Positions 11,701-25,566 of a DNA stretch of 64,000 nt are shown piece by piece. Below the pieces are notes generated by a model. It was not told where the DNA came from. It was given only the letters and a program-made list of their open reading frames with translations, and did not search any database. The translations under genes were made by a program, and so were the position numbers. Within the stretch, counting starts at the first letter, position 1; each line of letters opens with the position of its first letter. Origin of the DNA: Phoronis australis (lineage: Eukaryota; Animalia; Phoronida); assembly GCA_002633005.1 (NCBI GenBank), contig NMRA01000452.1, positions 220,270 to 284,269 of the forward strand. The letters run 5' to 3'.

Positions 11701-14700
11701 CATTGTTTTCATCTTTGCTACCTCTTTTCAAGAAATAAATCGTTACTTTTAAAACTGTTTCTTTTTCAAGAGAAAACTTGTAACCTAACGCGCAAGTACA
11801 TACATACAGGATGTGATCCGCCACGTGAACAGTCTGGGTGAAGTATTTGAAAAATCTGCCGAAAAAAATGTAAGGAACTTAGAAATTCGAAGCGCATGGG
11901 ATAAATACAAAACATACATCGATTGGCGTACATGAAGTAATGTCACACTCTACCCTTATTCCGCGTATCGACCTCTACCTTCAGTCTCGGTCGATATGCG
12001 TAATAATGTCTCGTGGGATATTACTTCACGTACACCACTCTCAGTACGTTTTGTGTATTATCCTTTTATTCTACAATGACAGAGAGCTCGCCTGGAGGTG
12101 AATCAAGTCTGTGAGATATGGATGAAATGGCCGTACACTTGCCACATCAAGGTATGGTTCTTTGGTTCCAAAAGGGATCTTAAACGTCTTCCATTCAACC
12201 GTACTAGTTTCTAGAAACCTACCTGACCATATCAGCTTTGGTTCCCTGCATGGAGCAAGTGCTGCACGCCTCAAGGGCGGGTTCAGGTTTACGACGGCTG
12301 TATGTGTAGATGGTTTTCTCTTTCTTCAGGACGGGCTGTAAAGACATGATGAACAACTCAACACAACTAGTATTAGCAGAAATCAATCACTGTATATTTA
12401 CAACTAAACGCTTATTGAAGACACATTTTCAAAATTTCTTGTTTGCTTTAATTAAAAAGTGACAGCAAACTTCATTAGATTCAGTGGAAATTCTGCACAC
12501 TGATACAGTACTTCATAAACCATAAAAGAATAAGATAAAATTCTGTAAAAGAACCTGATCTAAGTGCAATAAACCAGCAACTATAATGATAACAATCACA
12601 ATAATAATAACAAAAATAATTCACGGTATTTGTTTGGCACTTAGTGCATTGGAAACCCTCCAAAAAGAAATTAAAGGTGCCAAATTTAGGACAACCAAAC
12701 TGGTACTCAAAATCCAAGACCTCTGTACGTGACAAGTGTCTGAATAACAATAACCATTATCATTATCAAGATAATAATCTCTTTCATAACGACATTCGTT
12801 ATTACTGTCATAAAGTTCAATATTAGTATGTTTACAGCCAGACTAACAAGTCAAACCTCATCTTCAACGTCTTCCGTCAGATCACACCCCTCTTCCTCCT
12901 CATCCACTCCTTTAGCCTCGTCCTCGTCCTTCACAACCTCTTCAGACTTCATTTTCTTCACCATCGCTTCATCCTCATCGTCATGGTGATCTTCATCATT
13001 GTCACCATCTTCACCAGGCGTAGGACCTCGACTGTCGTCGTCATCTTCAACAGCAGGTTTTTTAACCAGCCTCCTTTTACGCCTACGCCTCTGTTGTGGC
13101 TGTTGTGCTTTGTGTGCTGCATCGCCTTCATCGCTGTGGTCAACAGTGTCCGCTTCTCTTTTACGTTTCGACACATTCAGTTTCCGTCTACCAAGTCCTT
13201 TTCTGGCTCGTCTCGATTTCTAAAACGCGTAAAACAATTCTCATTCATCATAAGTGATAAGTTGAGTTCGATCTCATTGTCCATATGCCCATTTTTGAAC
13301 ATACATTAGTTAAAAATTTAGATTAGCGACAAAGAAAAACTTGGCAAAGGAAATCATCAGAAGTAAGGATAGCGAACTCAAAGACGCTAGTGAGACAACA
13401 GTCCTAGCTATGTCACTGCACGCATTCCGACAGTTACGGGAGATCCTATGGCCCAATGTTAACAAACAGCTATCTACCATTTACCTATTAAGATAACATA
13501 ACAAGAAGTCACTCTTTACAAGTACATTCTCGTGAATATCAAGCCACACATTCAACATGGTATTTAGGATATTATACCATCAAAAGCATGCTAAGATTAC
13601 TATGAAACACGGTATAGTATATGCCAAAGGTTACCAGACAAAATTATGTGTCCTCGTCACGAAGTCTAATACCATTAATGGCAAAATTAATTGATGACTC
13701 GTAACCAAGGACGACGTATGCACCTTGTTAGTTTTCCAATTAATTCCATCCTCCACCACGACAGAACTCTACAACTAGTGCTCTGTCATGACGGAACGCT
13801 GCAATCAGTGCTCAGCTGTGTTTGAAAAACTACGTAAAAAGTTTAAACTAATGGAACGTTGGTCTTTCCTTACCAAAACAGGACATTTTGAGAGTTGTAT
13901 ACTGATTATAAAACTTTACATAGTCATTGCAGTATGGTTATGTACTCTCAAAATAAAATCAATGCAGTATGGTTATGTACTCTCAAAACAAAGTCATTGC
14001 AGTATGGTTATGTACTCTCAAAACAAAGGCAATGCAGTATGGTTATGTACTCTCAAAACAAAGTCATTGCAGTATGGTTATGTATTCTCAAAACAAAGTC
14101 ATTGCAGTATGGTTATGTACTCTCAAAACAAAGTCATTGCAGTATGGTTATGTACTCTCAAAAATGTCCGTGAACTTTGTAATTGCCGTTGTGTTCAAAT
14201 TTTCTGTTGTACAGAACACAGTACGATGACGGTACGATGACAGTATATTATGTTGCTGCCTCCCAGCCATCATAAAGGATAATTCTGGGTAATTTTGACT
14301 GTATTACCTCTGGCGCTAGGCATACCTTCATTTTGGCTCTCTCATTCGTCTGTATCTGATGAATGAACTTCTTGGGCAGGTTAATCTTCTCCCTGAGGCG
14401 ACGTGGTGCGTTGGGGTCAGTGGTACCCTCGCCCTCATCATCACTACTGCGCTTCGCGCACTCAGAACACTGCCTGGATGGGCGAGACGAAACTGTCATA
14501 ATTCATTGGCGCAAAACAAACTAAAAGTCGCCATAAAACCGAGTTCTGATGTCAAAAAACTTACACAGAGGATAAATGCAACAAATTCAGAGATTAAATA
14601 AAGAAAAAATTCACATCAAAATAATGCCAACATTTGATTAGAAAATCCTTGTTAAATATTCCAGCTGTTAAATAGAAGAGCCTTACCATCCTTGTAGCTT

Positions 14701-17700
14701 AGTCTTCTTAGGCATCCTGGTGAGGGGTGGGTCTAGACAGCCGAGATGATAGAACAGCCTACACATGTCACACTTGGCAAGCTGGTGCTGATCTGTGGTC
14801 TTGTGGCACAGGCCACATCTAGTGAAGACAACGGTGTAACAGTGAACAAAATAAACTGGTTGACTGCATCAAACTCTTATACAAAATTTCGATGTGCCAA
14901 AGTGTGACAAAATATAACACAAAGAACAGGCCGAGTTACGTACAATGACAAAATGTTTCGGTTTTGTGTTCTGCCAAAAATGAATTTGCGGTGAATCAAC
15001 ACCACTCATCAGATTTACAGATATTTCAGCAAAATAGATTTTAGCATAGCAAGGTAAATACTCTGCACAATTTCAAAGTACAGAAAAACTCAAGCATTCA
15101 GATAAATCCGATTCACCTTACTCGGATAAATCTCTCGTTTCCAGCTGTCTATGTCTGTGAGTTTCAATACAGCTAAATCTTTTTGTAGCAAAACTGAACT
15201 TTATGTAACAATTTTGCTTTCATTTGACCAGAAGTTATTGCAAGACAGTTGCCATAGTAATGCATCCCATGTGGTTAAGACTCACTGGTGTATGACAGCT
15301 GGAGGGGATCTGGGGACAACAGGCTTCTTCACCTGAGCTTTAACAGGCTTTTTAGGCTTGAGAACATCAGGTAGGGGGAGCTTCTGAAAGATCAACCGTT
15401 TTGGGAAGGCAACATCAATATCAAACATCAATATAAAACATCAATGTCAAACATCAATACCAAACATCTTGTAATATTCACTTGTATGCTTAGATGATAT
15501 TGACAAATTCAAAAAAATTAGGAAAAGATTACAGAGTACCTTAAACAGTAGTATGCAGAAGGGAGGAGCGATGGCCCTGGCCATCCAAATTGCTGGAGGG
15601 CATCCAATCAATATTAGTAAATCTTTTAAAATTGAGTCTGGTTTGTAGTTAAATAGAATGATTCAGAAGTTTCTATTTTAAGTTTCATCTATTTTACTTT
15701 TGTTGGTACTTGGGTACATGCATCTGAGTAGAGAGAGGGGCTGTCCAACAAAAAAGGGAGCATCCAGTTGAGGGTGGAGTATGCAATAGAGAGAGGGGGG
15801 CAACAAATAGATAGACTGAGGTGGCATCCAATAGAGAGAGGGGGGATCCAATAGAGAGAGGGGGCATCCAATAGAGAGAGGGGGGATCCAATAGAGAGAG
15901 GGAGCATCCAATAGAGAGAAAGGAACATCCAATAAAGAAATCAAACAGACCATCACCAAACCTCTGCATGCTACTGACCATAAACCTCAAAAGGTTTCGT
16001 ATTTTCAAATGGTCCAGATAATACAACATTTCGCCTTTAAGACCATGGCTTAACTCTGTAATATCTGCAGTATTGTTTTCTTTCCTTTTATTATTTATTG
16101 TGGTGTAGCCACTTACAGGGTTCAATGGATTTAGTGAACCAGTTTGATGTGCATTACTCTGAGGAGAAAACTGGTTCTCAAAGTGTGGGTCCCCTGTAAG
16201 TGACTATCACCATTTACTGAACATTTTTGTGGAATGGTTTCAGCCAAACATAATATTATCTTCCACAGAGGTCACTGCTGATTAGCAGAAAACACTACAA
16301 AAATAACCGCAAGCCTTACGCTAAAAAAATAACAAGGCTTTACTTTCGCAATCATTGTATCTTTTAAAGTTCCCTGGAAATGCATTATCTCACTTGACAG
16401 GTCGGCAGTCATCTTAATTAGGTTTTACAGGTGATGAACGAAAGAACAAATCCCTTATACCACTAAACAAGCTTCATAAGATCAAGAACAAAACTGACAC
16501 ATGGTATATCTTACTTTCCCAGCCAGGTCTCCTAACAGCTTCCACATTTTCTCGCCAACATGCACCAGTTCTTTATTGGACCCTGTTAAACTGTTTACGT
16601 CGTGGGATAACTAGAAAAACAAACAATTGTTCCAGAAACTTATAGAATGACAGTGAACAAGAGTCAATCATTTATACCGATCACCAGTTTGTGTGGGCTC
16701 TATGGACTAGTGCTCATAGCGCCACCTGGCATCCTTTAACTCAATTATCAATTCAGGTAAACGAACTATTAGTAAAAATAGTCCCATTATAATCAAACTA
16801 TAAGAATCAGTAGAAGAGCAGCCATAGCTGCCATTACTACAGAACTATCACTACTATTACATAATGAAGAACCACGCTCACTGAGGCTCAAATTTCAAAG
16901 TGTTTTGCTCGTTTCTACATCGTCTAATTTCATCTGGTCTTAGCATGTCATTTTCAGAATAACATTGTCATTTGCTCAGTCTGTCAAAGGTTCAGCAGTC
17001 CACTACAGCAGTCCACTACTTGATAGACAAGTAACCTGAGGGAATTGATAGAACTTTCGGGTTTAACAACCTTTCCAACTTCCTGTGAGCGACAGACATA
17101 TGTTGTTGACTTAACCCATGGGAACCTCACAGCGATGGGCCCTCATGAGCCATAATCAGGTGATCAATGTAACCTGCACCAGAAAATGCCTCCAATTACC
17201 TGCTTACTTTGTGCCATTACCATTATCGTTGTCATAATACCTATGACTGACATTAGTACATTTGTCAAATAGTCACCTGGTCATATTTGCCCCTTAATAT
17301 CTTCTCTTGTTCCCGCAGAGTTCCATTCTGAATAAGAAGCTCCTTCAAATGGGTCTTCATGGTAGTCATCTTAGAATTACGTTCTGAGAGGAACAGACGA
17401 GGCAATTGATGAGCATGACAACTTCANCTGCTCGCTCTCCCATGCCATGAGGTACGAAATAGCGACACACCTCTAGAAACGACAGGCAGGTCACAAGCCC
17501 CGCTTTTGTGAATCACGTGAGCCTATGTCGTCTGAATACTTTATATTTTATAGCATACTTAGGTCATGCCGGGAAAGTGTTACTGCTGGACCGTGGGCTG
17601 CAATGCCAATTCAAGGAAGTGGAATAAGCTGGATAAATATCCATGGATGTGGGATGTCACATTTCACCCTTTCCCTGATTAAAAAACCCACGGTCAGCTG

Positions 17701-20700
17701 ACACCATGATAATGAAAATGTGCCCACCGTGCGCATAGCACCAACGCTGTACAATCGCTACAATCTTACCTCACTGCCGAGAAGAGCGGTACTCCGCGGG
17801 TGTGCGGAATATGGGAATTGGGTAGCTACAGCATGAGATTACAACCTGTACAAAATTAATTTGAGTAACATTCAGATAATTTGACCAATTCACATTGGCT
17901 GCGTTGCCATGAATTTAAAAATTCGGGAAATATTTCAGGAAAAACTAACAGGATATATTCCACAAATGGTCGTGTCCCAGGCATTCCTGTAGATATTTGG
18001 TTAAAGGCGCAGTCTGGCTACTTACGTTAACTGCAACCCTAAACTGTTCAGTCATGATGACCATTTGGAGTAAAATTTTAAGCTAAAACAACACTTTTTA
18101 TATTGGTAAAAAATTGACGTGCTATAAAGTCTAACCAATGACATTGAAAAATGCTCACTCCATGGGGGGTCTCGCAAAGCTTTAGCCTCTTGGAACTTGC
18201 GGCGGTGACGATTCAGTTTCCTCTGAACTCTCAACTGGAAAGAGATTACCTTTAAAGGCAAACACGTTGACTGGTTATTTAATGCAAAGATTGACTGCCG
18301 ATTGCAACGGTAGCCAAATCTTGAATTTCGAGACGCCCTTGAGGACCTCTGACACAAGTAAAAGCAAAGTATAGCAAAAAGCAACACCTGACAGGAAACA
18401 TCAAGCTTGGAATACTACATGTCCTACTGTCAAGATGGGAGAGCACAGAGACAACCACCTTAATAAGAGAATGTTTAGCTTATGTGGGACTCCAGAAAAA
18501 TGTCCAAATTTCACTAACTTTGGAGCACCCTGTTGATAGAATGAAACTTTCAGACTACATGCTTTAAGCACTACTCTCCAAAATGCTGTTCATGGCAGTT
18601 GTTTTTAAAATGTTCTACTTTTTCGAGGGGTTGTGGAAAATAATAGTACTTTTATGATAGTCCTGAAAAAATCAAAAGCTGCATGACAAAAAAACTAATG
18701 GTCTTCCAGAAAACTGTAAGATTTATTGAGATCTCATCTTGAACATTTATGCAAAATAAAATTTGACGAAGATACAATAATACATTTTATCAAAGTACAG
18801 GCCAGATAAAATGTGTAAAGCATTTGGAATATTGACTTAATTGAAAGATTCCCTGGTTTGAGTTAACAAAGGCCAAAAACATGCAACATTAACAGAACAG
18901 GTAAGGCATGTCGCACACTGCCAGAAATGAAAAATGACGATTATTTTATTTACAATAAGAATGCAGTCATGATGAGGGAAACAAATTTAAAAAGGTCAAA
19001 GAACGTGACCTCAGAGAAAACAATGTAAACTATGATGCACTATTCTCTAAAACGCTGCTAAGGAATTATTTGTAAAATGTTCCACGTTTGCACGACGAAA
19101 AATCACAGAATAGGACTTCATGATTTTTGTGCAAAAAAATCAAAAGTTGCATTAAACAGAAATGAAACGACATTTCAGAAAACTGTAAAAATATTTTTGA
19201 AATCTCATCTCAGATTTTCATAAAAAAATTGGTCATGTTATAGGTAACTATTGTTAAGCTATGAATGCACCTTTCTTTTTTGCTATTTACAACTAAAAAG
19301 ACATGGTCACATGACATGGTCTCATGCCAATTAAGGCACTATTTTGCCTAGAATGACATAGTCAGTTTTATGCATGGTTTTATGACAGACGCAGAAATAA
19401 ACAAGGTTTTGAAGACGGCATTGAAGCTTTCAAAATTTAAGGGTATAATACAGAACAAGACAAAGGGTACACAACTTCCTTAAAGCTAATCTTCTAAGTC
19501 AAAAAAGAGTTTAGTACGTACAATAACAAATTTCAAACATGTTATTTTTACACATGAAATCTAATTCTTAATATCAACTAAATGAACATATTATAATTTC
19601 AAAATTTCTATACCTCTTCCTTTCCTGATACAGATGGGTTCTCTTGTCTGTTCTTATTAAAAGACTGTATTGCCAGCCAGTTTCTCTTTTTGACTCGTAC
19701 AATTAGTTTGTCCGCATGTAAGCGGCAATAAGCGTAGAAAGGGTCAGCGATATCTTCATCTGATGTCGCCTCTGACAACAATCCCTCCCTTTGAGCACTG
19801 TAAATTTGAGATCGTTTCATTCACTAGACGCCTTTAGGCATACATAAGCAAAAGGTTGGTACAATGTGACTAAACTGTCTACTGTACAGCTGGAGACTTA
19901 TTGATGAAAAGAAGAATAGCCGTGCCTGAGAAAAGAAACACAGTTTTAGATAAAAATAAAACATCGAAAAAGTCTTACTTAACCTTGCATTGTTTTCGCA
20001 GTACTCGCATGAATATGCTCATTGTCAAATGAATGTTATCTGATGTGAACTTCACACATTGAATAAGCAGCCACATTTCAACTACCAGACTACACCACAA
20101 GTACCCACAGACCCACTACCAGACCACACCACAAGTACCCACAGACCCACTACCAGAACATACCACAGGTACCCACAGACGAGCAGCACATACTTACTAC
20201 CAGACCATACCACAAGTACACACATACCATACAAGACCACACCACAAGTACACACATACCATACCACAACCACACACATACCATACCAGACCATACCACA
20301 ACCACACACATACCATACCAGACCATACCACAAGTACCCAAACCTACTACCACAACATACCTCAATTACCCACAGACAAGCAAAGACAGGTGAATGAGCC
20401 AGTGATAGTTACCATGTGACGTGAAAGTAGTTCCTACACATGCCCGCATCACAACCGATGCACATCCCCGTCTTGCTAAATCGCTCATCTTCACATAGAT
20501 AACATTCCTGCAGAAAGACAGACCAGTATTAATACTTCATTTGACATCCATCCTCAAATCTAATGATTCATTTTTACAAATGTATTTGTTTCATATCATT
20601 TTAACTCTAACGGCAGCAAAAAGCCCATTCACCATACCCATGGAACTCACCTTGGCACCCCACTTAGAGTACGACATTTCAAACAGCGTCACATTGGTGA

Positions 20701-23700
20701 GTCTGTCCACATCGCCGAACGCCACGCCAGGGACGTAGAGTGCGCATACAATATGCACCCAGCGTCCTGTGTCTGTCTCCTTGAAGATTCCACCAAGATT
20801 GGGGCACAGTTCACAAGTCTAAACAGAAATACATCGAGCTACAGTCAGTGAAACAGAATGTAAAGTTGGCTATTCAAAAGATACTTGCATGTTCTCTTTT
20901 GGTCTTGAAATGTTGAACAATTTACATTACACATATATCTACTTAAGGGAAATCTTACTGGTTCAAAGTTCTATATTTATTAAAAATATTCCATTAAATC
21001 AAACTTTGGCTTCACAAATATCCATGGGATTTTTTAAAAGGAGACCACTTCAAGTTTGGAGTCACCGTGGTGTTACAATTGGATTATGAAAAAGAAGTGT
21101 TATGTTGATACATTTTTGAGACTGTATTTTTGACCCAATATCAGCAACAAGAAAGGAAAATAATATTCACAGACAACTGTTCCAATAACGAAAACAAATT
21201 TCCAACTCTACGAGACATTTCAGCAGACGAAAGGATATAGTGAGAGTCACACCAGAATTTAATGTGAAACTAGATGACTAAGTATGCACCGCGTGTAATA
21301 CCAGGTGCAACACCAGGTGCCACCACCATAGCTAGTGTTAAGCCAAAGTAACATCAATAGGGACGAGTTTTACTCACAATTTTACATCAACATTAATATC
21401 ATTGTTACACAAACTCATGTATCACTAGCAATAAGCTAAACTGACACACTGTTCATAACTTGAAAACTGCGACTTTAAAACATCATTTCCATGTAATACT
21501 GTCATAAACGGCTCCAACCTCAACAGGGATGTGGTAAGTTTCAACATTCTAGAGTCTACTAGCATACATTCTGGGTCACTGAACCCTGGCAGAAGCTCTG
21601 GACCAGCGCCACGCCCAACACTTGGTGTAAGTAATCAAAGTGAACAAGATGGCTGGTAGTCATCGAAAGGCTCTCAGTAACAACCTTCAGTTTTAGCTGA
21701 GTATGGCTTAAACTGCATTTATATCTTTTTTGATTTTTTATGTCCTAAAGAGCTTAAGTAAGAACCTACAGGATTATCCACCCCAGCCTTGCAAGCCTCA
21801 CAGAACCAGGGTTCCGTGCTAGCTGATGACTCTGTACTGGCTACCGACTCCGACTCGCCGATACCATAGCAACCTGGAAAAACCAAACAATGTCTAAAAG
21901 CTTTTGTATGTATAAAGCATACTACGTAAAAGGAGCAGTGTTGCCTCAAGAGCAAGTGTGCCTGACAACAAACAAATGAACCCCACTAACTTCCATTTTC
22001 TAAAGAACAACCTCAGATGACACGCCAAAAATACATTAGATTTATCTCCCCTATTTGCCCATGACTGACTCGGCCGATTGTACATCACAAACCAATACGA
22101 AGGACAAACCAGATAACACGAGACATTTTAGAGTAGTATGCAGGATCTGTTTATGAGTTAAAAACCACATTGTTTTCAGAAATCTTCAACAGTGATAGGA
22201 TGAGATTGAACAAGAAAGACTCGATCGATGGCATTCAGAGAAATGTAATTAACTGATCTGGAATCAAAGAATATAGTTCTATAGTCAACCACTTACAACA
22301 GACAAATTTCCCATATCTGAAACTTATTAAATAATAAACTTCAACATTCTTGACATCCATAAAAAGTGATGCTCTGCAATTACTAGCAATAAAGTGGTAC
22401 AAAAATCAATTATCTCTGAGATTATGTGGTTAGTATAAACCCAGACTTGCATAAGTATAAAGTTAAAATTCTCACTGTACATACCCTCATGTACCAGTAC
22501 CCCACAGTTGTCACACTCGACAATTTCATCATTTTCTTCATTGCGGTCTGCCAGACAGACGCAGCACACCAAAACTTTCATCTTACGGTGTTCTTTTGAG
22601 CCATCCAGACTGGGAGTCTGAAGTATACATATAAAACTCTAACATGAAACTTTTCATCACCTGACAATATGAACAAGCTTGTACATCGCAACAATGAAAA
22701 CGAGGGGTGAGATTAGTACATGATTATTCATGAATATGTCAGAAACCATTCACTACATGTTGCTACGCAGAAGTCTGACACTTCAAATTATCCTAGAATG
22801 TTCAACAATTAGGTTTTAAGTGTCTGGCAGCCCAAAGTCTGCTGCATGCCTAAGAGCAACGTATTTTACCTCCACGTTTAAGTGAGATTGTCCAGGACTA
22901 TCGCAACTAGAGCAACTATTATGATGGGACATGTTTGTACAGTGAAATTTTCATAAGTCAGACTCTTCTAAGTTGGATTTCCTCTCAACGTTCGGAGCAA
23001 GGTTGCTCTAGCTTGTGCCCACAGCCCTTAAGATAAGCCAGATTTCAGTCAAATTGGTTACGACTAAAGTAACTTTTACTGTAATTGGTTTTATATTTTT
23101 CAATGTTGTGCTATTTCAGCAGTATTTTGATGCGCAAAAGGTCTCAAACTTATTTCACCTTAGTCTGAAGTTCCTTATTTTTGGGTCTCCGAAAACGTGC
23201 ATACCCTCACTTCAACGGAAAAGAATGAAATGTGGCCTATCACCACACTCACCAGTGAGCCAGTATGACTGTCCTTAGCACGCTCCATCAACTCTCTCAA
23301 GGACACATCTTCATCGTCTTTCTCAAGATCCTCTATTGTCGCATCATCGCTCTCCGTGTCTTCATCACTGGTCTCATCATCGTTATCATCATCATTGTCA
23401 CCCTCGTCCTGGTCACCATGACTACCATCCTGTTCACCATCTGAGCCAGCAGAATCATTATCCGATCCTAAGGAAAACATGTTTAAAGAAAATTTCAAAA
23501 AGTGCACATACGTTTTGGATAATACAACAGGGAAACAAAGCTTAATCGATGCACAAAACAGTATCTGTCTCAATACATCACTTGACAACAATAACAGTTT
23601 GCTTCATTAAAGAATCAGGGGTCAACTTCAAGTAAAAAATAGTATTAATGACGACAGCCACTGGAATTCAAGTGACAGCCAAGGCTGGAAGATCTCGCAT

Positions 23701-25339
23701 AAAGAATGTGCCATTTAAATAATGGGTTGAACAGATGCGTTTACGTGGACTGTTTCAAAGAATATGCCTGTTCATTAAGTACTACTAGTAGTCCACAAGA
23801 GCATCGGTCTCTTCATTAACCTCACAAGTAAAAACAGAGATACAATTTCTTCATGGATTTTGCAAATCATCAGGGTTGAGAAAAAAGCTGTATATTAAAT
23901 TAAACAGGAGACAGCGAGATAGCTTCTGCTTCTCTTACTCAAGGTCGTGGGTACAACCCCTACAGGGCGTCCATATTAGTGCTAGGGCGTCCAAATGGAC
24001 ACACACTGCTAGACCCTTGAGTAAGCTCCTCGCTCCTCAGCTCTGTTTTAACTATACATCAATAAAGCATAAACGTGGTTTCAAGTGGTCAGTGCAATGG
24101 ACGCGCCTGAGTGGCCTGTACATGTACCAGACTGCAAGCAATTATTTTTTCAATAGAATTACAAAAATTAAATGTTACCTTTGGGAACCTCAAAGTCACT
24201 ATCATCTTCACTGTCGGACAGACCAGCAAAATCTATTTGCAGAAGGTGTTTTTGAACAGGTTTAACTCGGCGTTTCTTCGGGTCTCGCTCAACTGTAAAA
24301 AATAACACAGTAATGTTATGGCTCCAAATATAGCCCTTTTATACAACATAGTTTAGTATTATCGTCCAATAAGACAAACGTAGTTTAACACTAACCCATA
24401 AGGTGGTATTGTGGACAATTACGGTGTTACTGTGAAACTGAAAACTTCGCACTATGGCGAGTTTGGTCACCAGGTATGTACTAGTGACATGTTAGTGTGT
24501 GCGTTGAGTTTCGGGACACAGGTGTACTGCGCACAAGGTATTAACTGCACTGGGGTTCAGGAGATCATAGCTGGTACTTAGAAATGCGGCCAACACCTTC
24601 TATGTTTTCCAACAAACTTGCTGACAATTTTGTTTAGTAGACCTGCAGCCAAGAAATATTTATAGTAACATAACTGGAAAACTTAATTGAACTTAATTGC
24701 AAGTACCTTAGCATCTTGCAATAGTATTACAATAAAATGAATGTCAAAACGTTTGTCTTAACAAACTTTCTTCGATTTCTGCTTGTTGTGGACCATTTTT
24801 AGTCCAATATCAAGAAATTTTACCCACTCCGCCCAGTGCGACTTTGGTGTTTTATTAGCACCCAAACATGAAAAAATCTGGCAAGGAATGAGTTCACTGA
24901 CTTCTTCAACTGGAAAATTCACTTAATATGCTTTTTACTTGATTTATTCCAATTTCAAGTTTGCAATTTTGGCTTGATAAATATTGTTGTGTATGACTTT
25001 TAATTAAGCACTCAGGTGCAAACCAGGCAATAACTGAATACGCCATAATTTATTGGGTGAATTTGGTTGTCCATATTAAGGACAGCTAAGTTTGACCAGT
25101 GGTCAGTGACCTATAAACAGTAAGTAACTGATAGTTCTTAAAATCAACAAGGTGACTAATAATGCCTACAAAAAATGACCAGAGCATGTATTTAAGCAAA
25201 ACCACAGCTCCATAATAACGTCTGACAATAAAAAAACACTTTGAAGAAATTAATTTCAACAACACCCCATCTTACGCATTGTTTTATATAAAAAGTCCAC
25301 GCCGGCTTTTTTTTCGGGCACCTCTTCTTCGTCCGCCAT
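8768..25339 (-). CDS. PHF14: PHD finger protein 14
   Basis: Exons 25339-25276, 24292-24179, 23467-23253, 22617-22485, 21873-21770, 20818-20651, 20507-20413, 19797-19614, 18234-18159, [exon(s) probably lost at N 17427], 17383-17277, 16610-16515, 15383-15286, 14818-14687, 14473-14326, 13219-12857, 12335-12223 (duplicate 11416-11304), 9795-9672, 8872-8768. N-terminal ERDPKKRRVKP..SDSEDDSDF. PZP domain: CCVC..VECDNCGVLVHEGCYG..PWFCEAC..CELCPNLGGIFKETDTGRWVHIVCALYVPGV..CDAGMCRNYFHVTCAQREGLL..DPFYAYC. Coiled coil, then two more PHDs (HLGCLDPPLTRMPKKTK; HFRCLDPPLKKTPKRKGYDWHCEEC). Confidence 0.95.
10007..10330 (-). mobile_element. Decayed LINE 3' end (CR1/L2-like)
   Basis: On the minus strand, degenerate sequence ends in a (TAA/TAG)n microsatellite tail, as at CR1/L2-group 3' ends. 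Family not verifiable. Confidence 0.3.
10629..12472. repeat. About 920-bp direct duplication across single N (11553), probable haplotype artefact, duplicating a PHF14 exon
   Basis: 10629-11552 vs 11554-12472 with scattered SNPs and small indels. The junction is exactly at the N. Confidence 0.85.
10982..11144. mobile_element. Long imperfect palindrome, MITE-like or end of a larger element (second copy about 11899-12063)
   Basis: Arms GGATAAATACAAAACGTAC...GAAGTAATATC...TTATTCCGCGTATCGACC and GGTCGATACGCGGAATAA...GATATTACTTC...GTACGTTTTGTGTATATCC. Confidence 0.7.
13922..14162. repeat. 35-bp minisatellite, about 7 copies
   Basis: Unit AGTCATTGCAGTATGGTTATGTACTCTCAAAACAA. Confidence 0.95.
15546..15976. 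mobile_element. hAT-like MITE containing a 20-bp minisatellite
   Basis: TIRs CAGTAGTATGCAGA / TCTGCATGCTACTG. 8-bp flanks ACCTTAAA / ACCATAAA (1 mismatch). Internal (GGCATCCAATAGAGAGAGGG)n. Confidence 0.75.
20080..20375. repeat. Degenerate CA-rich minisatellite (about 27-bp unit)
   Basis: Repeated ACCAGACCATACCACAAGTACCCACA variants just downstream of PHF14 exon 20507-20413. Confidence 0.85.
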
Positions 25340-25566
25340 TTTTGTTCTGTATTTCTAAAGCCTTTCGATTACTTTAAATTAACATTGATAATTACAATTT
25401 TGTATTTTCTACACTTTCTTGCACTTTATTCTGCTTATATTTTCTTTTGAATCCAGTTCTGTCATGAAAATGCAAACAGAATAAATCGAATTATATTTCC
25501 CTTAATACATCCGGCCAGTATCAAGAGTCGCCATTTTCACTTGGTCGTAACAGCGCTAATTTCACA
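25340..25566. promoter_or_regulatory. Compact bidirectional promoter/5'UTRs of PHF14 and NDUFA4
   Basis: Only 227 bp between the divergent ATGs. YY1-like CGCCATTTT at 25529-25537 and at the PHF14 ATG (25334-25342). Confidence 0.75.

Noticed and set aside
18001-18255. TTAAAGG...CCTTTAA Kolobok-like element
   Set aside because: No TIR similarity beyond those bases, and the interval contains a genuine PHF14 exon.
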